DNA from: an uncultured virus (IMG/VR IMGVR_UViG_3300015244_001911)
Taxonomy: Duplodnaviria > Heunggongvirae > Uroviricota > Caudoviricetes
Reading direction: 5' to 3' (one strand)
DNA length: 64,000 nt
IMG/VR virus record: IMGVR_UViG_3300015244_001911
Span: 1 to 64,000 of that record
Positions 19,287-28,241 of this stretch are shown piece by piece. Within the stretch, counting starts at the first letter, position 1. The number at the start of each line of letters is the position of its first letter. The position numbers and the translations under genes are program-made. The notes under the pieces were generated by a model. That model was not told the origin of the DNA, ran no database searches, and worked only from the letters and a program-made list of their open reading frames with translations.

Positions 19287-19862
19287 ATGGCAGGATTACC
19301 ACATTTTACAAATTCTAAAGCGGGAATAAACTACTTCGAACCTGTTTATTTAAACCAGTTTGAGGTTTTAATAAATCCTCCATCTGGGATTGTTGCTGCA
19401 TCAACCACCTTTAAAGGTGAAAGTATATTGGCACAGCAGGTTAAATCAATAAGTGGATTAACAGTTGACATCGCTCCAGCACAAACTATTAACCAGCAGT
19501 ACAAGTTTGCTACAAGAAGATATGCTGGAGGTGAGCCTTCCCAGAGTGATATGACTTTAACTATGGAATTCGAGGTCAACTTAAATGATGCTAATTCCAT
19601 GTCGGTTTACAAGATTCTTAGACAGTGGTCAGATTTGATCTATAATCCACTAACTGGGGCAATGGGCATAAAATCTGATTATGTGGGATCTATGTCTATA
19701 TCAATATTCAACAAAAGAGGGGATGTTTTCAGACGAATAAGAATACCTTCTTGCTTCCTAAGTGAAGCTATAAATGCGATGGATCTTGATTATGAGCAGT
19801 CAACAATCTATAGTGTAACGACTAGCTGGGTATGTGATTATTGGGAAGATCTATTCCTTTAA
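19287..19862 (+). CDS. gp19: Tail tube protein 2 (gp19-like paralog)
   Basis: Colinear paralog of the previous gene. Confidence 0.8.
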   Translation: MAGLPHFTNSKAGINYFEPVYLNQFEVLINPPSGIVAASTTFKGESILAQQVKSISGLTVDIAPAQTINQQYKFATRRYAGGEPSQSDMTLTMEFEVNLNDANSMSVYKILRQWSDLIYNPLTGAMGIKSDYVGSMSISIFNKRGDVFRRIRIPSCFLSEAINAMDLDYEQSTIYSVTTSWVCDYWEDLFL

Positions 19863-19891
19863 TAACTAATAATAAAAAATATTTAAAATTT

Positions 19892-19916
19892 GAGGCCTAT
19901 TTTGGCCTCTTTTTTT
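19892..19916 (+). terminator. Rho-independent terminator
   Basis: GAGGCC-TATTTT-GGCCTC followed by T7. Confidence 0.75.
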
Positions 19917-19952
19917 GTTTTGTGTTATATAATAGATAAAATCAAAATTATT

Positions 19953-21047
19953 ATGGATAACATATCACCAGAAGAGATTCTAAGAAGAAAGGAGCTATCC
20001 GGAGGGGTAGTTTACGACGATCCAATTCAGGAAGAACCAAAATTACCAGATGGTGAAGTTTTAACTTCATCTACAAGCTCTGTGAAGAACACCGAAGCTG
20101 AGATTCCCGTAAAAGAGTCTGCAGCAATTTCGACCGAAGCACCTAAGAATGTGTACGAGAGCGAGCAACCAGCAAATAGCTTCGGAAAAGCCCAATCTGT
20201 CTCACCTGCATTTGATACCGGTTGGAAAAACCTACCCGTTCAGATAATACCGTCTAAGGGCATGTTTTATCCAGAGGGAACAAAACTTGCAATAAGAGCT
20301 GCTGAGGTAAGAGAGATTAGACATTTTTCCACCATCGACGATGATGACAGATTGGATATAGAGGATAAGCTGAGTTATATTCTTGACAGATGTTTAAGAA
20401 TAGATTTTCCAGGAGAGGGCGTAGTTTCATATCTTGACCTAAAACAAGAGGATAGGTTCTTTATAATAATGGCAGTTCGAGATCTAACTTTCGTAAGAGG
20501 TGAGAATTCGATAATACTACAATTGACTAAGTCATGTAAAGAAACACCTGACTGCCCATATAAGGATGGCATTGAGCTAAGGACTGGTGTTTTAAGCTCG
20601 TACGAGCTCGATGATAGAATCATTAAGTATTATGATGCTGAAACACGAACGTTCGTCTTTGACGTTAAAAAGATAGGAAAAAGGATAGAGATGAGCGTAC
20701 CTAGTATAGGCGTTACTAAAGCAATTTCTAAATTTGTTTCCGATGTTTCGAGAAGAGGTTCTGATGTTGATGAGGGATTCCTTAAGATTGCACCTTTCCT
20801 ATTTAATGAGTGGAGAGATTTGACAACAGATAAGATCTCACTGAGAATGAGAGAAACCGATTACTGGACTAAGGAGGAATACAGCTTATATTTTGAGCTC
20901 TCTGAAAAGATAAGACTCGGGACTGAACTAAAAGTTAAACAAAAATGCCCAGCTTGCGGTGATGAGGAGGTCACCGCTGATATCAACTTTCCCAGCGGGA
21001 TCAGATCTCTTTTCGTTATTTCAGATATCTTTGGAGAACTTCTTTGA
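19953..21047 (+). CDS. Baseplate hub / tail assembly protein (gp26-like)
   Basis: IPSKGMFYP, DRFFIIMAVRDLT and CPACG motifs; ATG at 19953 preferred. Confidence 0.65.
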   Translation: MDNISPEEILRRKELSGGVVYDDPIQEEPKLPDGEVLTSSTSSVKNTEAEIPVKESAAISTEAPKNVYESEQPANSFGKAQSVSPAFDTGWKNLPVQIIPSKGMFYPEGTKLAIRAAEVREIRHFSTIDDDDRLDIEDKLSYILDRCLRIDFPGEGVVSYLDLKQEDRFFIIMAVRDLTFVRGENSIILQLTKSCKETPDCPYKDGIELRTGVLSSYELDDRIIKYYDAETRTFVFDVKKIGKRIEMSVPSIGVTKAISKFVSDVSRRGSDVDEGFLKIAPFLFNEWRDLTTDKISLRMRETDYWTKEEYSLYFELSEKIRLGTELKVKQKCPACGDEEVTADINFPSGIRSLFVISDIFGELL

Positions 21048-21219
21048 TATCAAATTTAGACTATGGCATGAACATAAGATAGATCCAAATTGGTTGGAAT
21101 CTTTGCCTTTCTATGAGTACCAGATCTGGCTCGACAAACTCAATGCTGCAATTGAGCAAGAAAATGCAGCAAAACAAACGGAGGAAGGTGTTAAACAATT
21201 ATTTAACCTAACTAGATAA
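21031..21219 (+). CDS. gp51-like baseplate hub assembly / tail chaperone peptide; start uncertain (TTG 21031 or frameshift fusion)
   Basis: SLENFFDIKFRLWHEHK...LESLPFYEYQIW...EQEN resembles the small ORF that follows gp26 in T4-like phages. Confidence 0.6.
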   Translation: MENFFDIKFRLWHEHKIDPNWLESLPFYEYQIWLDKLNAAIEQENAAKQTEEGVKQLFNLTR

Positions 21220-21236
21220 AAAGAAATATATACAGC

Positions 21237-22751
21237 ATGGCTACAGATCCTAAACTTATTTCCTCTTTATTAGACTTATCTAGAAATGTAGATAAGCTTT
21301 CCGGTGACATCAAAAAGAACACCGCCACCACATCCGATTTGGTTGAGGTGCAGGAAAAAAGCACGGAGGGAACTAAGGATCTTGGTAAGGTTGCAGACAG
21401 TATAAAAGGTCTGGATCTTAATAGTCTAAAAGGCGAATTCTCTCAGCTCACCAAGAGTATAGGTGGTCTCGACTTCAAAAGTCTTTCTACGGACCTTAAA
21501 TCACTTGATTTTAAAAGCCTATCTAAGGATCTTAAATCTTTAGATTTTAAGGGATTGACCGAGGGGATAAAGGGACTGGATTTTAAGGGTATTGGCGATA
21601 TGGCCAAAGGTCTAGATATAAAGAGTCTTGCTGGTGGATTAAAAGAAGGCGGTGGTATAAAAGACGTTGTCTCTGGATCTCTTGGAGGTTTATTAAAGGG
21701 TGGTAAGGGACTTTTAGGTGCATTCGAGAAAGGTGGACCCGTTAATCAAACCGGACAATACCTTGTTGGTGAGAAGGGACCAGAAATAGTTAAGCTACAA
21801 CAAGGATCCGCTGTTATACCCAATGATATATTAAAAGCAAGACAAGATATTCTAAAAAAGCTAGGACCCGATGCTCCTAGTGAAAAAGAAATATCTAGGA
21901 AAAGAAATGAATTACTTACAGCAGATCCCGTGTATTATGACGGTGAACCGGATTGGCTAGAGGAGGACATTAATTCATATCTGGAGGGACTCCAGGGGAA
22001 AGTAACATCAGAATTTACTCAGGATGATCTAAAGAAACTAACCAAACCTGTAAATAATAAAGCTGAGGAGGTTGTAAACCCACCCGCGCCTACAGATAAG
22101 AAGGAAAAAAAATCGGAAGAAAAGGAAGCTAAGCTAAAAGAAAAGAAAGAGGGACTATTCTCAAGAATATTCGGGAAGAAAGATAAGGAAAATGATGGCA
22201 AAGCCGAAGGCGATAAAAACAAATCTGATATCTTTGCTAAAGGCAAGGACCTTCTTAAGGACGTCGATAAAACAAAACTACTATCTTCAGGATCGGATCT
22301 TCTGAAAGGAGCTAGCGGGATGTTTGGAGATAAGCTTGGTGGAAAACTAGGTACTGCTGGCAATATACTCGGGGTAGGATCTGAGTTAAGTAAACAAGTA
22401 AAACTACCATCACTAGCAAAAAAAGCACCCGAGCTTAAGACACCCGAGCTCAAAACAGATATTAAGAAGCTATCTACACCTCCAGCACCTAAAGCCCAAC
22501 CAAAGCCTGCTGCAGCAAAAGAGGAAGTTAGTGAGGGGAAAAAATCTCCAACCGAAGCGGTAAGCACAGAAAGCAAGACTTCGGATAAGCCAGCCGAAGC
22601 TAAATCTGAAAAAATGGGAGATAGCGGAATGACATCTAATGATATACAGGAGATGAAATCTGCTCTTGTTAGGATAGCATCCCTTCTCGAGGGACCATTA
22701 AATGTTTCACCTATGTCAGGTCCATATAGACCCGATTCAAGGAGGGTTTAA
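21237..22751 (+). CDS. Tape-measure-like tail protein
   Basis: 11-aa LDFKxL repeats; FEKGGPV...LVGEKGPEIV motif; follows the chaperone pair. Confidence 0.5.
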   Translation: MATDPKLISSLLDLSRNVDKLSGDIKKNTATTSDLVEVQEKSTEGTKDLGKVADSIKGLDLNSLKGEFSQLTKSIGGLDFKSLSTDLKSLDFKSLSKDLKSLDFKGLTEGIKGLDFKGIGDMAKGLDIKSLAGGLKEGGGIKDVVSGSLGGLLKGGKGLLGAFEKGGPVNQTGQYLVGEKGPEIVKLQQGSAVIPNDILKARQDILKKLGPDAPSEKEISRKRNELLTADPVYYDGEPDWLEEDINSYLEGLQGKVTSEFTQDDLKKLTKPVNNKAEEVVNPPAPTDKKEKKSEEKEAKLKEKKEGLFSRIFGKKDKENDGKAEGDKNKSDIFAKGKDLLKDVDKTKLLSSGSDLLKGASGMFGDKLGGKLGTAGNILGVGSELSKQVKLPSLAKKAPELKTPELKTDIKKLSTPPAPKAQPKPAAAKEEVSEGKKSPTEAVSTESKTSDKPAEAKSEKMGDSGMTSNDIQEMKSALVRIASLLEGPLNVSPMSGPYRPDSRRV

Positions 22752-22791
22752 AAAATACCGTTAAATATTTTTTTATTCCGAGATTTTATAT

Positions 22792-22799
22792 TACATTTG
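22792..22799 (+). promoter_or_regulatory. Bacteroidota-type -7 element TAnnTTTG (early promoter)
   Basis: TACATTTG upstream of the dCMP deaminase and sigma genes. Confidence 0.6.
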
Positions 22800-22827
22800 T
22801 AAAAATCAAATTTGAATAAACTCTCAG

Positions 22828-23394
22828 ATGCAATTACCATACAAAGTCAACGACAAAACATACGACGATACATCTTTTATAACATGGGATTTTTTGAATC
22901 TTTCCATGTGGAGGATCAAAAAAAATAGTGAGGGAAAATACGATGTATCCTCGATGGAATTCCATCCCGAAAATATTAAGGCCGATCAGAGAGATCTGAT
23001 TTATTTAGAAATGGCATCAGTGTGGGCAAAGAACTCATACTGTAAAAGAATGCAGGTTGGGTGTTTGATCGTAAAGGATAAATCTATTATATCGGATGGA
23101 TATAACGGATCACCTACCGGATTTCCTAATATATGTGAGATTGATGATGTTACCCTACCTCAAGTATTACATGCGGAGGCTAATGCAATTACAAAATTGG
23201 CCAAAAGCACACAGGGATCCGATGGATCAACTCTATATGTAACACTGTCCCCCTGTTTTGAATGTTCTAAACTCATTATACAGTCGGGAATAAAGAAGGT
23301 CGTTTTTTCCGAAGTTTATAGAAAACCTGAATCTCTCTCTTTCCTAGCCGAAGCTGGAATCGAAATTCTAAAAATAGACAAACTAACAAATTAA
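22828..23394 (+). CDS. dCMP deaminase
   Basis: HAEANAI and SPCFEC zinc motifs. Confidence 0.92.
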   Translation: MQLPYKVNDKTYDDTSFITWDFLNLSMWRIKKNSEGKYDVSSMEFHPENIKADQRDLIYLEMASVWAKNSYCKRMQVGCLIVKDKSIISDGYNGSPTGFPNICEIDDVTLPQVLHAEANAITKLAKSTQGSDGSTLYVTLSPCFECSKLIIQSGIKKVVFSEVYRKPESLSFLAEAGIEILKIDKLTN

Positions 23395-23407
23395 ATCAAA
23401 TTAACAC

Positions 23408-24016
23408 ATGCAACAAAAAGAGAAGAATATCCAGAAGCTAGCAGAAGATTTTATTACGGGAAGGGATGATAAGAGTTTTAAGGTATTATTTGAGAGACTC
23501 CGTCCAGGAATACTCAATCACTGTTACCTAATTTTAAAAGACCAGGAACTTGCTGAGGATGCTTTTCTTAACACAATGTCGAAGATATGGTTAAAGATAG
23601 AACAATATAATAATGAAAGAGGTAACTTTTCAACCTGGTGCTATAACATAGCGAGAAATGAATCGTTATTGTTAATGAAGTCAAGAAAAAGATACTACAG
23701 CCACACCGATTCCGAATTAGAATTTCTTTCATCCAAGAATACAATTGGTGATATTGGAGGACAATATAATTTAGAGGATGACCCTACTTATGCTTTCTTT
23801 AATGAGGGATCCAATCTTGACGAGGTCTACGAATCAGTTTTAGATGAGATCCGGGACCTTCCCGAGCTATATCGTGATATTATGATAGATCGAGAGATCA
23901 ACCATATGAAATATAAGGATATAGCAGAGAAGTATGGTATTAAGAAAAGGTCTATTGCCACCAGAATCAGAAGAGCAAGGGGTAAGATCAGAAAGAAGAT
24001 AGACGGGAAACAATAA
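23408..24016 (+). CDS. ECF-like RNA polymerase sigma factor
   Basis: AEDAF...FSTWCYNIARN (region 2); YKDIAEKYGI...IATRIRRAR (region 4). Confidence 0.85.
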   Translation: MQQKEKNIQKLAEDFITGRDDKSFKVLFERLRPGILNHCYLILKDQELAEDAFLNTMSKIWLKIEQYNNERGNFSTWCYNIARNESLLLMKSRKRYYSHTDSELEFLSSKNTIGDIGGQYNLEDDPTYAFFNEGSNLDEVYESVLDEIRDLPELYRDIMIDREINHMKYKDIAEKYGIKKRSIATRIRRARGKIRKKIDGKQ

Positions 24017-24034
24017 CCTGAAATTGGAGTATAA
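24007..24034 (+). promoter_or_regulatory. Putative middle promoter GAAAC-N17-GTATAA
   Basis: Conserved 17-nt spacer. Confidence 0.6.
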
Positions 24035-24048
24035 AAAAGTAAAGTCCT

Positions 24049-24492
24049 ATGTTTAGACTATTTAAAGTAATAAAAGAAATATCACTTTACCGTGAATATG
24101 TGGGAGTCATAAAGAAGGAGGAAAAAGATTCTCCCCTCTGGGCAAGAAGAAGACTCAGAAGGGATTATCTAAACCGAATCTATACGGTGATAAATTTACC
24201 ACCACAGATTTTGCTTTCCCAGGATCTTCCTAGAGACGCTAGACCTTCTTTCGTTGTTAATGACCTTAAACCAACAAACGAATATTTAAAATCTCTTAAC
24301 CTTGAGGAGTTACTGACCATGTGGATAGAGCCCGTTAAAAACACTGACGAGGAGTCATATCTTGTGGTTTATCAATTTTTCTTTAGACACATTACTTGGT
24401 TATGGGTTCTTAGATTTATTGCAGAGGTGACGGCAATTATTTTATTGATAGCTAAATGGGATTGGATATTAAAAACCCTACACCTATCATAA
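24049..24492 (+). CDS. Hypothetical protein with C-terminal hydrophobic helix
   Basis: 147-aa ORF. Confidence 0.6.
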   Translation: MFRLFKVIKEISLYREYVGVIKKEEKDSPLWARRRLRRDYLNRIYTVINLPPQILLSQDLPRDARPSFVVNDLKPTNEYLKSLNLEELLTMWIEPVKNTDEESYLVVYQFFFRHITWLWVLRFIAEVTAIILLIAKWDWILKTLHLS

Positions 24493-25310
24493 TGAGGGAA
24501 GAGGTACTGATACTGAAGAATGAAATAGAGAGGAAGCTTGAATTTTTTACTAATGATAATAAATTTAGCTTCCACGAGGAATCCCACGTTTACAGATACG
24601 ATGGAATTAAATATGATTCCGTAACAACATACCTTAAAAATTTCAAGGTTCCTTTCGATCGTGAATACTGGTCGAAAAGGAAGGCACAGGAGAGAGGAGT
24701 GGATGTTTCACTAGTACTTAACGAGTGGCAATATAAAGCCGATGTTGCTAATGATCTTGGAACCAGGGTTCATAAATTCATTGAGGATTTTTGGAGCGGA
24801 TTAAATCCCGATGTACCAGAGTATAATGCTGAGGAGGAGTATTCCAAGAGAGTCCATAAATTTCTGGATCTCTATGAAAGAAAGTTAAAGGTACTTATCC
24901 CCCTGAAATCTGAGCTACGTATATTTTCAAGAAAATGGAGATTAGCGGGAACTATAGATCAGCCATTACTTTTTTGGGACGAGAAAATGCAGAAGGTTTT
25001 TCTTATTATAGGGGACTGGAAAACTAATGGTGACTTTAAGCATGACGATCACCCAAAGGGTAAGTACAAGAAACTGCTTAGACCATTTTCTCATTTATGG
25101 GAAAACCAACACAATGAATATTCAATTCAGATAAGTCTATATAGGCTCATACTTGAAGATGAGGTTGGTATAGACACAGAAAGCGGATTTCTATGTCACA
25201 TTGGACCAGACTCGGACCCTAAGATATATCCTGCAAAGGATCTCAGAGAACCTTTAAGAGCATATCTCGATCAAAATAGGAATAGTCTGGATATTTTTGA
25301 GCTTGAATAG
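24492..25310 (+). CDS. PD-(D/E)XK exonuclease (Cas4/RecB-like)
   Basis: SVTT, GTRVHKFIE, AGTID, IGDWKT and YSIQISLY motifs. Confidence 0.85.
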   Translation: MREEVLILKNEIERKLEFFTNDNKFSFHEESHVYRYDGIKYDSVTTYLKNFKVPFDREYWSKRKAQERGVDVSLVLNEWQYKADVANDLGTRVHKFIEDFWSGLNPDVPEYNAEEEYSKRVHKFLDLYERKLKVLIPLKSELRIFSRKWRLAGTIDQPLLFWDEKMQKVFLIIGDWKTNGDFKHDDHPKGKYKKLLRPFSHLWENQHNEYSIQISLYRLILEDEVGIDTESGFLCHIGPDSDPKIYPAKDLREPLRAYLDQNRNSLDIFELE

Positions 25311-25337
25311 AAACAAAAATCAACCACAATAGTAAAA
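25310..25337 (+). promoter_or_regulatory. Putative middle promoter GAAAC-N17-GTAAAA
   Basis: Conserved 17-nt spacer. Confidence 0.65.
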
Positions 25338-25353
25338 ATATAAAACAAAAAAT

Positions 25354-25893
25354 ATGGCATCAAGTAAAAAGCAAGCAGAACAAATTTCTATGGAAGTTGA
25401 ATTACCAGGAGGATCCAATGAGATCGACTTTGGCACTTTGAATACTCAGGGTGATTTAGGGATTGGATACGATCAGGAGAAAGTGGACGAGATTCAAGCG
25501 ACCATCGACGCTAAAAAGGACGAAATCAGATCTAAGGTATACGCAGTATCTTGTAATGATGTACTTTTCACTCAATATGAAACATTTATGCAGGAAAAAG
25601 CTGAATGGAATTCTACTGAAGCTCTCGGTATCGTTGAAGTAAACAGACACATCAAGAAGATCAGAAAAGATGGAATAAAGGACAACGTTATTTATCTAGG
25701 GGCTTTACCTTTAGAGGCTACCCACTATTTCTTATCTAAATCTAAAGGGACCGGACTTAAAAGTGCGGAAGATTTCATTAAACTATTTAAAGCTTTCGAT
25801 CAGGCTTTATCCGATGCTAAAGAGGATGCTGCCACAGTAAAGGAGCTAGAAAAACAATTAGCTGCGGCTATGCAGGGGATTTCATTGGGATAA
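25354..25893 (+). CDS. Hypothetical protein
   Basis: 179-aa ORF between a promoter and a terminator. Confidence 0.7.
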   Translation: MASSKKQAEQISMEVELPGGSNEIDFGTLNTQGDLGIGYDQEKVDEIQATIDAKKDEIRSKVYAVSCNDVLFTQYETFMQEKAEWNSTEALGIVEVNRHIKKIRKDGIKDNVIYLGALPLEATHYFLSKSKGTGLKSAEDFIKLFKAFDQALSDAKEDAATVKELEKQLAAAMQGISLG

Positions 25894-25907
25894 TCCCTAT
25901 AAAACAC

Positions 25908-25941
25908 AAAAAAAGCCAGTTTTAATAAGCTGGCTTTTTTT
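25908..25941 (+). terminator. Rho-independent terminator
   Basis: AAAAGCCAG...CTGGCTTTTTTT. Confidence 0.75.
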
Positions 25942-25986
25942 GTGCAAACCTTTTGGAGATATATAAAAAAAATAAAAAAATTAGTT

Positions 25987-26289
25987 ATGAAAGTACTAGA
26001 CAAAATTAAAGCTAACTTCCAAGTTATTGCACTTTGCTTATTATTGCTTATTTTCCTTAGACAATGTGGAGCAAATAGTGATATTAATAGATTATCAAAA
26101 CAATCTAAGACACAGAGTGCCATTTTAGATTCTATTTGCACCAGGGAGGAACTTGGAATTCTCCTTGAAATTGAAGGGCTAAAGGCTGAAAAAAGAATGA
26201 TCCAGTCAACTGACAGAAAGATCATGGACGTGAATCGCCAGAGTGAAATTGATCTAGAGATCAAAAAATTGGAAAAAAATAAAAAATAA
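25987..26289 (+). CDS. Membrane-anchored coiled-coil protein (spanin/lysis candidate)
   Basis: N-terminal hydrophobic helix ending in RQCG; late promoter at 25958. Confidence 0.5.
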   Translation: MKVLDKIKANFQVIALCLLLLIFLRQCGANSDINRLSKQSKTQSAILDSICTREELGILLEIEGLKAEKRMIQSTDRKIMDVNRQSEIDLEIKKLEKNKK

Positions 26290-26291
26290 AG

Positions 26292-26969
26292 ATGAGTAAA
26301 AAATCAGTTAGTTACTTTATTATAGGCACATTCGTGAGCCTGTACTTAATGGTTTCTGTGATTTCCACTATTCACGTTATAGACTTTTTCAAATTATCCA
26401 ATCCCACTTGGTTGGCTGTTAGCTTAGCCATTGCATTTGAGGTTGGTGCTGCTGCTTCGTTAGCATCACTAATCTCGCTTGATAAAATGAACAAGGGGAT
26501 GGTGTGGGGTCTTTTTATAATATTAACTCTTATGCAAGCAATGGGTAATACCTATTATGCATATACGCACTTGCAGAACTTTCAGGGATGGATTGAACTG
26601 TTCGGATTGGTTGAAGAGGAGCTAATATACCAGAAGAGAATATTGTCGATTATAAGCGGTGCAGTTTTACCTGTGGTTGCGCTAGGATTTATCAAATCCC
26701 TGGTTGACTATATAAAGCCTGAGGATGATAAGAATGTGACCGTGGAGGAAATTCTAGTCACCGAATCACAAGTTTCCGAAGTGGTTCATGAGGAGATAGC
26801 TCAGGAATTGGTGGTTGAAGATGTCGCATCTTCTGAACCGGATGAGATTGTTTTGGATTTGGCAACTTCCGAAAATTCAGATTCTTTCGATGATGGTTAT
26901 AACGAGAGTACTATTACAACAGCTAATAGGAATAGAATTCCTATTATGGTTGATCCAACTAAATTATAA
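26292..26969 (+). CDS. Multi-pass membrane protein with acidic tail
   Basis: About four hydrophobic segments. Confidence 0.65.
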   Translation: MSKKSVSYFIIGTFVSLYLMVSVISTIHVIDFFKLSNPTWLAVSLAIAFEVGAAASLASLISLDKMNKGMVWGLFIILTLMQAMGNTYYAYTHLQNFQGWIELFGLVEEELIYQKRILSIISGAVLPVVALGFIKSLVDYIKPEDDKNVTVEEILVTESQVSEVVHEEIAQELVVEDVASSEPDEIVLDLATSENSDSFDDGYNESTITTANRNRIPIMVDPTKL

Positions 26970-26984
26970 AAATAAAACACATAA

Positions 26985-27659
26985 GTGGCAGATTCTGAAA
27001 TATTAAACACCGATAATTTTGACGGAGGCAGCTCGCTACAAACTGGCGAAACCCTTGTAGTTGGTGGTAGCGCTGGGTTTGCTATAACACCATCGGGAGC
27101 CACTGCTGGATTCGAAATAGAATACCTCAATATAGCAAGACAACTGGATGAGCTGGAGATAATAGAAGCTACATTCCAAAGATTCAACGATCCCAATGAA
27201 ATTGAATTTATAAAGGAATCTTTTGATGTTGTACACCAATCTAAGACACTTGATACGTTAAATGTGGTGGACTTTTTTCACCCGCTTCAAAGTTTTTCAA
27301 ATTACCAAAAACAGACCTTTGTTATACTACCAAGAACATCTGCTAATTTAGACCCATCCTCATTTACTAGCACTAATGGGGAGGTTTCGATGCTGATAGC
27401 TAGAGCCAATTATTTGCCAGGAACCCCTAGGGAAGAAAAGGTTATCTTCTGGGATTATAAAGGATCACAAAGAAATATAATGGGCGAGGTCATGATATTG
27501 ACCGGAGCTATAAAGGAAGATATCCCCTGGAAAGGATGGGATGTTGATCCATTTTCAACATATGGGCACACGGGTCCAGCCAATAGCGCTAATGGTGGAT
27601 TTATTTTTACCAACCCAACCGACTCTGAGGTCCAATTAACAGTAATAACAGCAAATTAA
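26985..27659 (+). CDS. Hypothetical (probably virion) protein, paralog of next gene
   Basis: GTG start; shares WxYxG, MGExMxLxG, GW and NGGxxFxNP with the next ORF. Confidence 0.65.
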   Translation: MADSEILNTDNFDGGSSLQTGETLVVGGSAGFAITPSGATAGFEIEYLNIARQLDELEIIEATFQRFNDPNEIEFIKESFDVVHQSKTLDTLNVVDFFHPLQSFSNYQKQTFVILPRTSANLDPSSFTSTNGEVSMLIARANYLPGTPREEKVIFWDYKGSQRNIMGEVMILTGAIKEDIPWKGWDVDPFSTYGHTGPANSANGGFIFTNPTDSEVQLTVITAN

Positions 27660-27660
27660 G

Positions 27661-28158
27661 ATGGCAACTCAACCAATAACATGTCCGTATGATGTACTAG
27701 AAGGATTTAGATTCTATCGAGGTAATTTAGTGCTCGATAACGGTAACACATCAAATCCACCAAAATATCTTTCAATGAAGGATCTTAATATAGAGGTGGA
27801 TAGGTTTTCGAGAAGCAGAGTTACATTGAAGCCTGGTGCATACTCACTTTTGAGTCAGACTGACATTGGAGATCAATATGGCTACGTTTCTTTCATAGCG
27901 GTTAAAGCCATTTATCCAAGTTCCACTTTGGAGTCTAGAAAGTATATAAACTGGACATACCAGGGAAATACCAATTATATGGGTGAACTTATGGTTCTTT
28001 CTGGACAGAGAATATCCTCATCCGATTCGGAATTTGAAGGATGGAATTTATCAAAACCTGGAACATTAGCAAGTGATAGCGTGGGCAATGGCGGTATAGT
28101 TTTTCATAACCCCAGCACGGAAATCACGGTTAAGTTGGAAATATTAGTGTGTGAATGA
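27661..28158 (+). CDS. Hypothetical (probably virion) protein
   Basis: Paralog of 26985..27659. Confidence 0.65.
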   Translation: MATQPITCPYDVLEGFRFYRGNLVLDNGNTSNPPKYLSMKDLNIEVDRFSRSRVTLKPGAYSLLSQTDIGDQYGYVSFIAVKAIYPSSTLESRKYINWTYQGNTNYMGELMVLSGQRISSSDSEFEGWNLSKPGTLASDSVGNGGIVFHNPSTEITVKLEILVCE

Positions 28159-28241
28159 TAAAATGCTGTAATTACATTAAATATATAGTAAAAGTTTCTC
28201 GTCCTTAGTTGGATATATAATCAGTAAAAAAAAAGTAAACC

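Noticed and set aside
22019..22576. 185-aa minus-strand ORF and the many other short antisense ORFs
   Set aside because: They lie opposite well-supported + genes, show mirror-image composition and have no motifs
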